A stretch of DNA of 25,850 nt from Thermoplasmatota archaeon (GTDB lineage: Archaea; Thermoplasmatota; Penumbrarchaeia; Penumbrarchaeales; Penumbrarchaeaceae): assembly GCA_029762535.1 (NCBI GenBank), contig JARVGK010000037.1:1-25850 (forward strand). The letters run 5' to 3'. Below the pieces are notes generated by a model. That model was not told where the DNA came from. It searched no databases and saw only the letters and a list, made by a program, of their open reading frames with translations. The translations under genes and the position numbers were made by a program. Numbering within the stretch: position 1 is the stretch's first letter; the number at the start of each line of letters is the position of its first letter. Of the stretch, positions 7,058 through 15,363 are shown in pieces.

Positions 7058-10000
7058 TCAGGTCTTTTTTCTGACATAGATTACGACCATGAGGACGGCG
7101 GCGATGATGACGAAGGCCGCAAGGGGGGCAGCCAAGAACATATCGATGCCTGCTACGTCCTTATCCTCCTCTTTTACATGTATCGATAGGGTGCCCTTTC
7201 CTTCGTTCATAAATGGATCGAGAACGCTCAACCGAAGCTTGTACAGGCCATGGTCGAGGGACCTGGGGAGGGGCCATGAGGCTCGGAAAAGATCATTCTC
7301 GAACTCTATAAGGTTGTGATGAACGGACCCCTGCAACACCTGGGACCCTGAATCATCTTCCAGCACCCAGATGATCCCGTCCACCATGGAGTCATCCATT
7401 GCCTCGAGTATGACCCTTCTCTCGCCAGTTTTAGGGTCAAGTTCCGTATCGAGCCTCATTATGACCGGGGCGAGATCATCCACCAATTTGAGAGCTATTG
7501 ATAGCATTGCCTCGTTCCCGGACCCGTCCATTGCTTTGAGTATGAAGTGATACGTTTCCATGTGCGATATTATCAGGGAGGTGGTCTTAGGAACTCCATC
7601 GATCAGGGATATCGCATCAGTCGAATAATAGAAGGTCTTCTGGGACAATAGATGGGATATATCCTCGTACGATGCGCCGGAATCATGGGAGATATGCAAG
7701 GATAACTCGTCCGAATCATCGATGATATGCCCGGATATCTCCAAGACCGACCTAATATCGATCGGGGCGCCCGCAGAAGGACTTGTCACCACGATGACCG
7801 GATCATCCCTATCGATCGAAGGTTGGTCCCTGGAGAAGATCTCGACGCGAACGCTCGCTGTGGCGCTGTTGTTCGACAGGTCAGTGGCCTCAACACGTAT
7901 CACTGCCCCTCCCGCGGGCCATGAGGAGGTATCCTCCGTGAACTGCCATGAATAACCCTGGTAGGAGGCGATCATGTCCTTTACGCCGTTGGGGGTATGG
8001 ACGATCAGGGATGACAGGCCGCCGCTGTCAAAAGCATTGCCCCTTACGGTGATCACATCGCCCTTGAATATCCTCTGGCCGTTCTTCGGGTCGTTTATCT
8101 CCACCAATGGAGGAGTTGTATCCGGTGGGGGCATGAGCGTGACGTTCATGATCTCCACCGAGTAGAGTCCGACATTGTCCGTCGCGTTGAGAACGAACGG
8201 ATACGGCCCGGGCTCCGGCCCGATCGAGGCAGTATATGAGAACGTGCCATCCTCCTTCATCTCCCGCGTGATATCGATCGCCCTTCCCTCCACTTCGAGC
8301 GCTAGGGCCTTGACCATTACATCATCCGATACCCTTCCGGTGATCTCGACCGTCGTCTCGCTGGTCGAGAAGTCCTTAGCTGGGGAGAATAGTTCGATCG
8401 CTGGAGGCGAGGCGATGAAGTTCGAGTTGAACACCAATGTGGTGATGTGATGTTCAGGATCCCAGGTGCTGATGCGCAATCTGTGCCGTCCAGAGGTGAA
8501 AAGGGAAGAATCAAGATCCCCTGTCGGATGTCTTCCACGCGTCCGATCGAACGACCCAGACCATATCAGTTCATCATCCATCCATCCGATGGAATGCAGG
8601 ATCGTGCTCATATCGTAGTAATGTGCCCCGAAGGCGAATGTGGATCCCCAACTTTGAGCTCCCGATCCTGTATAGCTGCTCCATAAGGGCCTCACCGTAT
8701 CCAGGAATTCCAATCCGAATGGCATGGCCAGATCGACGGGGCCGGTATCTAGGGTGATGTTCAGGACAACGAGCATATCCTTGGTCCCGGCCATTGAAAC
8801 GTGGAATCCAGTTGTGGACCATGTGATGAACATCGCATATTGGTGCTCGAAGGACCCATAGATTGTCGGGTATTGGTAACCCGTTGATGCCTCAACGATC
8901 CCGATCTTGAAATTGTCAATATCATCTTGCCACGCCCTCTCCGGGACTATGGCCATACCGAAGACCACGGGGTCGGGATCAAGAAGATCAGGGCCCGAGA
9001 TCCCCACATTCGGGTAGGTTATCAGATCTTTCTCCCCGGGATCGATCCTGCCGTTGATCCTGACCCTTACGAAGGCCGAGGTCGATATCGACCCGGTGTT
9101 CCGTATCACGAGGACCGCATTACCGCCGTGGTGGAAGGACATGACATCGATATAGGGATCATTGGAGGTGGTCGACCTCGAATAACTCCCGTAGCCCCCC
9201 CCTTCATCAACGTAACACAAAACCGGCGGTCCCTCCACATTTTGCCTGTAGGAAGCCCCCGATAGGAAACATGTGTGCTCCTGCATGCCTTGCAGAACCT
9301 CCACGAAGACGGGGTGTGCCTCATCGAAAGATGACCTGTAGAGATCCCTGCCCGGATCCTGCCTCGGGGCGATGCCGGTGAGCGTGACGAAGATCTCCTT
9401 GTGTTCATCATCCCCCATGCCGAACTTCTGGCTAACGAACGACCCCAGGTCCGAGGTCACCACGATGTTGAAGTTCTGTCTCCATACGTTGAGGACAACG
9501 CGCCCGTGGCTGTCCGTATAACCCCATATCGCTGGGAGCGGCGCGGTGACCGGTGGAGGTGCCTGGTATGGTCCCAGGTCCACCGACATCTGCTCCATGG
9601 CCCAATGGGACATGACCAGGACCCTCGCCCCGTCCACGCTGACGCCCCTTGCATCCCGGACGTATACCGACAGGCTCCCCGTGACATCAGGGGGTCGATA
9701 AGCTGTCCCAACGTCCTCTACGGACCCGTCGCCCATCAAGGCGAACAGGCCGGAACCGCCCCTGCTCCCCCATTCCCACCAGTAGTTCATGGAATTGGCT
9801 ATCACACCACCGGAATCGGACCAGTAATTGTCCCATTGATGCCATCCACCGGCGTAGAACTCGGACCAAACGTGGTCCTCGCCCATCAGGAGCACTCCCC
9901 TTGCGGGGATCAGAGCGCATCTCGCGGCCGCAATGGTCAGGTCCTGAAGCTCCCCGCAGTTCCCGTTGTGCAGATGTGCGATCCTAACAGGCTGGTTCGG

Positions 10001-11932
10001 CCTTTCGTTCTCGGGCGATTCCTGCTTGTTGAGAACGAGGGTCTTACCGACCCAGTGGGAAACCTTCTCTATGGCATGGTCCCTCAGGTCCCAAGGACGG
10101 TTGTTCACCTCACCAGCGTGGTCAAAGCCCGTAGGTGGTTCATACGGCTGCATGTCCCAAAGGATGAGTGGCGTCGATGCCACATCTTTAAGGAGAGGCG
10201 GGGAGAACTCTGTGGGATAGTATGCCTTGGGTCCGGTCCAATCATCTGGATATACCGGTCCCGCCGGGTATGATGGGTCGGCATGCTCCCAGAGGTATTC
10301 CCTCCAGAACCTGCCACCTGAAGAGGGATCGGCCTTATTCCCGGTCTCTGGATCTATATATGCCAGCTCCTCCTCGGTGATCCTGGGGTGGACCACACCC
10401 CAATAGTAGATGTCACGGGGTATCTCTATCGATAAATATTCCGATCCCGCCTTCATATTGTACCTGGCTGTTGTGTAACCGTCCCTTCCGGGGACCTCGA
10501 CCAGCGAGACGTAACTCAGCGTCGGCGCTCTCTCGTAAATGTATCTGGCGTTGTCATTGAATATCTGTACGAGTGCGCTGTCCCTGAGCTGTTCCGGGGG
10601 CGTGTAGGCGCACGCGAAGGCGATCTCGTCGCGGTAACGGGGATCGACAGGGTCGATGATGGAGTCGAGATACCCCTCGATCAGGGACTCGTTGAAGATG
10701 GTCAGTCGATCGTTGAAGGCCGAGCGATAGTTCGTCGCCTCCGAAGCAGGAGAGGTAATAAGGGGTCTCCAGTAGGGATCTCCCGATGTCTGGAGGTTGT
10801 TGAATATGGGTATTCCCCCGTCCTGTGTCCCGATGGCGAGATCGGATGAACCGTCCCCGTCCATGTCCAGGGATGCGGGCACCATCATGCTGGATGACGT
10901 TATTCCGCTGTAATAATTCTCCTGCAGCTGATAGTTCAGGACCGAGCCGATCCTGTTCTGGAATCGATAGTAATGTATCGTCCCCTCCCCGCTGCCTATT
11001 GCAAGGTCGAAGGGGCCGGGATCATTTAAGTCCCGGCGATGGGTCCAGGAACGGGGATTGGCGTTCGAGGATATCGGCATAATCCCGCTGATCCTCAGGT
11101 CCGTCCCAGGATAAGAGCCAGTGCTGTTGAAGGATTCGGATATGAAGAACTCGTAAGTGATCAGATCGCCGTTGGCATTGCCCATGACGAATGCCAGGTT
11201 GTTCATCAACTGCCCCTCACTTGTATATGTCGTCTTGTAGACCATCGTCGGGGATATCCTGAGACCTTCGACCCGGCCAGAACCAATCCTTCTGGAGATC
11301 GAGCCGTTGCCGGGATTGGAGAGCAATACATAACCGTCGATGGTGCCTAGGAGCAGGTCTGCATATTCATCGCCGTTGAAATATCCCAGATATGGAGAGA
11401 GGTACCCTCCGCTCTCGAACTCGATCGTCCGCTGGACATGATCGCTCGTCCAGAAATCGTATTCTGCCCTATCGAACACCGGGAATCCTTCCCATCCCAC
11501 GTTCATGTATATCTCCAGCGACCCGTCCCGGCCAAGGGCCATGTCGTCGTCACCGTCTCCGTCGATGTCACCGAAGGATGGTATTACCAAGTTTCCCTGG
11601 ACGGGTACCGACGCCGCCTTGAGCATGTTATGGACAAAGGCTTCCCTCAACCAATCCGGGACCAGCGAAGCCGCTTCGCCCAGCTTCCCATGGTCAAAAT
11701 AATAGGCCCCGGCATACCCTTCAACGCGTGGGATCCCATCCCCGTCTATCCTGACCCGGGTCTCCCCCCCGGGAGGTATCTCAAGGACGCTATCGAATAT
11801 CACACCATCGCCCCTTGCCGGGTTCGTGGAGGTTAAGATGGCCTCGGTCCTGCGCCCCTCATCCTGTCCGAAGAGGAATATGGACGACGAGCATATGACC
11901 GATACCAGCACCAGGGCGAGGGTCCTATTCAT
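7058..11932 (-). CDS. Large surface-anchored protein: FG-GAP repeats + transglutaminase-like (Cys-His-Asp) domain + Ig-like repeats + C-terminal TM anchor
   Basis: Signal peptide from MNRTLALVLV (ATG 11932; frame open to 11986); GDIDGDGDDD and DMDGDGSSDLAIG motifs; HNGNCGEL...EDHVWSEFY...WHQWD; Ig-like DTTPPLVEINDP repeats; terminal hydrophobic helix followed by RKKT. Confidence 0.88.
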   Translation of the reverse strand: MNRTLALVLVSVICSSSIFLFGQDEGRRTEAILTSTNPARGDGVIFDSVLEIPPGGETRVRIDGDGIPRVEGYAGAYYFDHGKLGEAASLVPDWLREAFVHNMLKAASVPVQGNLVIPSFGDIDGDGDDDMALGRDGSLEIYMNVGWEGFPVFDRAEYDFWTSDHVQRTIEFESGGYLSPYLGYFNGDEYADLLLGTIDGYVLLSNPGNGSISRRIGSGRVEGLRISPTMVYKTTYTSEGQLMNNLAFVMGNANGDLITYEFFISESFNSTGSYPGTDLRISGIMPISSNANPRSWTHRRDLNDPGPFDLAIGSGEGTIHYYRFQNRIGSVLNYQLQENYYSGITSSSMMVPASLDMDGDGSSDLAIGTQDGGIPIFNNLQTSGDPYWRPLITSPASEATNYRSAFNDRLTIFNESLIEGYLDSIIDPVDPRYRDEIAFACAYTPPEQLRDSALVQIFNDNARYIYERAPTLSYVSLVEVPGRDGYTTARYNMKAGSEYLSIEIPRDIYYWGVVHPRITEEELAYIDPETGNKADPSSGGRFWREYLWEHADPSYPAGPVYPDDWTGPKAYYPTEFSPPLLKDVASTPLILWDMQPYEPPTGFDHAGEVNNRPWDLRDHAIEKVSHWVGKTLVLNKQESPENERPNQPVRIAHLHNGNCGELQDLTIAAARCALIPARGVLLMGEDHVWSEFYAGGWHQWDNYWSDSGGVIANSMNYWWEWGSRGGSGLFALMGDGSVEDVGTAYRPPDVTGSLSVYVRDARGVSVDGARVLVMSHWAMEQMSVDLGPYQAPPPVTAPLPAIWGYTDSHGRVVLNVWRQNFNIVVTSDLGSFVSQKFGMGDDEHKEIFVTLTGIAPRQDPGRDLYRSSFDEAHPVFVEVLQGMQEHTCFLSGASYRQNVEGPPVLCYVDEGGGYGSYSRSTTSNDPYIDVMSFHHGGNAVLVIRNTGSISTSAFVRVRINGRIDPGEKDLITYPNVGISGPDLLDPDPVVFGMAIVPERAWQDDIDNFKIGIVEASTGYQYPTIYGSFEHQYAMFITWSTTGFHVSMAGTKDMLVVLNITLDTGPVDLAMPFGLEFLDTVRPLWSSYTGSGAQSWGSTFAFGAHYYDMSTILHSIGWMDDELIWSGSFDRTRGRHPTGDLDSSLFTSGRHRLRISTWDPEHHITTLVFNSNFIASPPAIELFSPAKDFSTSETTVEITGRVSDDVMVKALALEVEGRAIDITREMKEDGTFSYTASIGPEPGPYPFVLNATDNVGLYSVEIMNVTLMPPPDTTPPLVEINDPKNGQRIFKGDVITVRGNAFDSGGLSSLIVHTPNGVKDMIASYQGYSWQFTEDTSSWPAGGAVIRVEATDLSNNSATASVRVEIFSRDQPSIDRDDPVIVVTSPSAGAPIDIRSVLEISGHIIDDSDELSLHISHDSGASYEDISHLLSQKTFYYSTDAISLIDGVPKTTSLIISHMETYHFILKAMDGSGNEAMLSIALKLVDDLAPVIMRLDTELDPKTGERRVILEAMDDSMVDGIIWVLEDDSGSQVLQGSVHHNLIEFENDLFRASWPLPRSLDHGLYKLRLSVLDPFMNEGKGTLSIHVKEEDKDVAGIDMFLAAPLAAFVIIAAVLMVVIYVRKKT

Positions 11933-11960
11933 GTGTACCACAGGACCATATCGGGCTATT

Positions 11961-11970
11961 ATAATATAAA
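11961..11970 (-). promoter_or_regulatory. Putative TATA box of the transglutaminase-like gene
   Basis: TTTTATATTA on the minus strand, about 30 nt upstream of ATG 11932. Confidence 0.5.
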
Positions 11971-12039
11971 ACATCCATAATAGCATCGAACACGTTCTCG
12001 CCCGTTCATTTTATTAGACACCAGGCTTTCTCCAGGTAC

Positions 12040-12564
12040 ATGGAAAGGGAATGCCATCCCAAAGGGGACTGTAGTTACGATATCTTGTTCGACGAGGGTC
12101 CCTGCTCTGAAGGGCGTGACAGCTGGGACCTCTACTTCATGAAGATCGCAACTCAGGTGGCATCGAGAGGTACATGCCACAGGAAGCATGTGGGATGCGT
12201 AATAGTCCGCGACAGGACCATACTGGCCACAGGCTATAACGGGTCCATCAGGGGCCTTCCGCACTGCGACGAGGTTGGCCATATGATGGAGAACGGTCAC
12301 TGCACCAGGACCGTGCATTCGGAGGCCAACGCCGTTGCGCAGGCGGCCCGACATGGGATATCCTTGAGCGGTGGTGAGCTCTACGTTACGGCGAGCCCAT
12401 GCTGGACATGCTTCAAGCTGTTGATCAATTCCGGGATCCGGAGGATCATCTACGGGGAGTTCTACCGCGACGATAGGATATTCCAGGCCGCGGAGGCCCT
12501 CGGCGTCGAGATAGGCTACCTCGACGAGAAGGGAAAACTTCAGATCCTTGTCGCAGGGAAATGA
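12040..12564 (+). CDS. comEB: dCMP deaminase (ComEB/deoxycytidylate deaminase family)
   Basis: RDSWDLYFMKIA, RGTC.RKHVGCVIV, TGYNG, and zinc motifs HSEANA and SPCWTC. Confidence 0.92.
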   Translation: MERECHPKGDCSYDILFDEGPCSEGRDSWDLYFMKIATQVASRGTCHRKHVGCVIVRDRTILATGYNGSIRGLPHCDEVGHMMENGHCTRTVHSEANAVAQAARHGISLSGGELYVTASPCWTCFKLLINSGIRRIIYGEFYRDDRIFQAAEALGVEIGYLDEKGKLQILVAGK

Positions 12565-12570
12565 TCCCGT

Positions 12571-13419
12571 TCAAGCTGGGATGTAGCCCTTCTCCGCGAT
12601 GATCCTTTTACCCTCCTCGGAGCGCAGCTCATCAAGGAAGGCGCCCTTGAGCCCTTTTGGCTCACCCATGGTCATATAATATATCCTGTTCGAGAGGGGA
12701 TAGGCCCCGCTTTTCGCGTTCTCCTCGTTGGGGGGAATTTCCTGGCCCGAGCTCTTGATGTTTAGCGTTCTTATGCTGACATCCACCATATCCAATCTTA
12801 TGCACCCTATGCTTCCCGAACCAGATGAGACGATCGATCTGACATCCGCGTCCCCGCCACCCTTTATGGCGTCCCCCTCCATGTCCTCCTTGTCCAATAG
12901 CATTCGCCAGAGCAGGTGGGCGGACAGCGCTGACTCGGGGCCTATGACGACATCTATCGGCAGGTCCACACCGCCCACGTCCAACCAGTTGACATAGGTC
13001 CCGTTGAATATGCCTCTGAGCTGTTCGATGTTCAGGCTCATTACTCCGTTGTTCATGTTCACGATGAAGGCGATGGCCTCGAATGCTATGGTGTACTTCA
13101 CCATCTGAGGGAAGAGCGAGACCTCCGAGCTGTCCATATCCCGGTTGACCACCGCTACGTCGTACCTGCCGTTCCCCGTCATCGTTATGGCAGGACACGA
13201 GCCGGGTTCCTGCATGATTATCTCCGATCCAGGGTGAGAGGACATGAAAAGGGATCCTATCTCGCTGACGAAAGTGGCCTGCCATCGGTTAGTGGCCACG
13301 TTGAGCCTGCCAGATAGCTCATCGTCATCAGACCTAATACATCCAATTGAGAACGATACAGAGACGATCAGTGCAACGAGCATGACCACGAATCTGGTCT
13401 TCCCAAGCGTGTATATCAC
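12571..13419 (-). CDS. PstS-fold substrate-binding lipoprotein, divergent (phosphate motifs absent)
   Basis: Lipobox-like SIGC; PstS-family scaffold motifs AIAFIVN.NN, LNIEQLRGIFNG..VNW.DVGG, SGAYPLSNRIY and SEEG..II...GYIP. The start codon is uncertain. Confidence 0.8.
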   Translation of the reverse strand: MIYTLGKTRFVVMLVALIVSVSFSIGCIRSDDDELSGRLNVATNRWQATFVSEIGSLFMSSHPGSEIIMQEPGSCPAITMTGNGRYDVAVVNRDMDSSEVSLFPQMVKYTIAFEAIAFIVNMNNGVMSLNIEQLRGIFNGTYVNWLDVGGVDLPIDVVIGPESALSAHLLWRMLLDKEDMEGDAIKGGGDADVRSIVSSGSGSIGCIRLDMVDVSIRTLNIKSSGQEIPPNEENAKSGAYPLSNRIYYMTMGEPKGLKGAFLDELRSEEGKRIIAEKGYIPA

Positions 13420-13490
13420 CCCGAAACTGACAAGTGATATGCTATGTGATATACAACGTTATCTGAAAGAACATAACCTATGGTCCATGA

Positions 13491-15293
13491 CTATATCCTG
13501 ATATCCGGATTCTGTAGCCTGAGGTCGGGCAGCTCCTCTCTGATCCTGTGCACGAGCGGGTCCGGGTCCCTGTAATACTCGTTGATCACGTTCGCGACCT
13601 CGAAGTAGTTGGTCTGGTCCTTGAGGCCCAGCCACCGCAGGACGTCCGCCCTTCTCTGGATCTCCTCGGTTATCTCCTCGGTGGTCATGCCCTCACGGTC
13701 CATGATCTTCTCGTATAGCCTCGAATGTCCAGAGAACCTGAACTCGTCCCTGGCAGGGTTCCAGGCGTAGACCTTGTTCGATATGATCTCGTTCGTGGTA
13801 GGTTCTATGCCGATGATCTCCGTCAGCTCCCTTATCCTTCTGGTCCGTTTGTTCTTTACCCTGACCTGGGCCTGCAGCAATACCAGGTTCAGACCTAGAA
13901 TGAGGATCCTCGGGATGTTGATCGGCGGGTTCTCGAGCCTGTGGACGATGGCCGCGACCGAGTCCGCATGTATCGTTGCGTAGGTGACCTGCCCAGTTGC
14001 CATAGCCTGGAACACTGCCATGGTCTCCTTGCCCCTGACCTCGCCAACTATCATGTACTCCGGCCTCTGTCTGAGTGCGGCCACGAGTAGCGTGTACATG
14101 TCTATGGACCTGCCCGTGCCCTCGCTCTTCTTCTCTCTTGTGAGTCCAGCTATCCAGTTCATATGGGGAAGCTGCATCTCCCTGGTGTCCTCGATCGTAA
14201 TGATCTTCGATGAAGGGGGGATGAAGTGGCTTACGGCGTTGAGGGTTGTGGTCTTCCCCGATGCAGTTCCGCCGGACACCATCATCGAATCCCCGTACTG
14301 GACCGCGAGCCAAAGATGAGCGGCCATCTCTGCCGAGAGGGTTTTGAAGAGTATGAGGTTGACCATCGTCAGCGGGTCCTCCTTGAACTTCCTGATCGTG
14401 AAGGACGATCCCCTTGTGGTGATCTCCTTGCCGAAGGTGGCATTGAGCCTCGAGCCGTCGGGAAGCGTGGCATCGAGAATGGGATGCGCTATCGAGATCG
14501 CCTTTCCGGACCGCTGTGCGAGTCCTACCACGAAATCGTTGAGGTCCTCTTCTTCTTCGAAAAGCACGCTTGTCCTGACGTTCTTGTACTGTCTGTGGAA
14601 GACGAAAAGAGGTATCTGGACTCCGTCGCATGATACATCCTCCAGGTCCGGGTCCTCCATCATGACCTGTATCTTGCCATATCCCAGGAAATAGTTGGAG
14701 AGATAGTAGAATATCCTCTCAAAAGGGGCTGTTTTCAAATCCTTGCCGATCTTAGCGAGATATTTCCTCATCAGGTTCCTGATCTTCATCTCGTTCTCCA
14801 CCTCGGTGGATACGGTCCTGTCGAAGTCTATGTTCTCCTCCATCGTCTTCTTGAGGAACTTGAAGAGCCCTTTCTCCTCGTCATCCAGATGCGGTTCTAT
14901 AACATCATAGACCAGGTCCTTGGTCTTCTTGTTCCGCAGCATCCGGGTGAGGGAATAACCCTCTCTAACAGGTACGACGTCCTGGACCAACTCCCAATCC
15001 CTCTCGTTGAGCGGCAGGACCTCTACTATCTTCTCCCCCTTGAGCTCCATCTGGTCCTGCTTGGCCCTGAGATATCTGAAGCGCTCCATGGGCTTCAAGG
15101 ATTCCAGGTCGATCTCCTCCTCCATTTCCTTGGCCTTCTTTATGACAGCTCCTGGTTTCCTGAAGGCCCATTTCAGGTCGATCAGAGGGCGTTTGGCTCC
15201 TGTCTTCTTATCTTGGATGACAACACCATCACTCTCGAGTTGGACCATTTGTTCGGTTTCGTCATCCGTGGCCTTCTTGTTCTTGCTGTCCAT
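13491..15293 (-). CDS. Type II/IV secretion system ATPase (VirB11/PilB/ArlI/TadA family)
   Basis: YGKIQVMMEDPDLEDVSCDG, LDATLPDGSRL, SFTIRKF, Walker A GGTASGKT, IEDTRE, ALRQRPEYMIVGEVRG and His-box TIHA; GGGGGT RBS. Confidence 0.95.
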   Translation of the reverse strand: MDSKNKKATDDETEQMVQLESDGVVIQDKKTGAKRPLIDLKWAFRKPGAVIKKAKEMEEEIDLESLKPMERFRYLRAKQDQMELKGEKIVEVLPLNERDWELVQDVVPVREGYSLTRMLRNKKTKDLVYDVIEPHLDDEEKGLFKFLKKTMEENIDFDRTVSTEVENEMKIRNLMRKYLAKIGKDLKTAPFERIFYYLSNYFLGYGKIQVMMEDPDLEDVSCDGVQIPLFVFHRQYKNVRTSVLFEEEEDLNDFVVGLAQRSGKAISIAHPILDATLPDGSRLNATFGKEITTRGSSFTIRKFKEDPLTMVNLILFKTLSAEMAAHLWLAVQYGDSMMVSGGTASGKTTTLNAVSHFIPPSSKIITIEDTREMQLPHMNWIAGLTREKKSEGTGRSIDMYTLLVAALRQRPEYMIVGEVRGKETMAVFQAMATGQVTYATIHADSVAAIVHRLENPPINIPRILILGLNLVLLQAQVRVKNKRTRRIRELTEIIGIEPTTNEIISNKVYAWNPARDEFRFSGHSRLYEKIMDREGMTTEEITEEIQRRADVLRWLGLKDQTNYFEVANVINEYYRDPDPLVHRIREELPDLRLQNPDIRI

Positions 15294-15363
15294 CAGGCTA
15301 CCCCCTTAACTACGATCAATTACAGGTCTATCATCGAGGGGTCCGTATTTAATCATTGTCCAG

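Noticed and set aside
5976-7189. Long + strand ORFs (285 and 365 aa) opposite ftsZ
   Set aside because: They are antisense shadows of a strongly conserved gene with GC-rich codons and show no protein-like motifs.
9401-10273. 290-aa + strand ORF
   Set aside because: It is antisense to the transglutaminase-like domain and has no independent coding signal.
13693-14631. 312-aa alternative-frame ORF inside the ATPase gene
   Set aside because: It is an Arg/Gly/His-rich off-frame translation typical of GC-biased genes.
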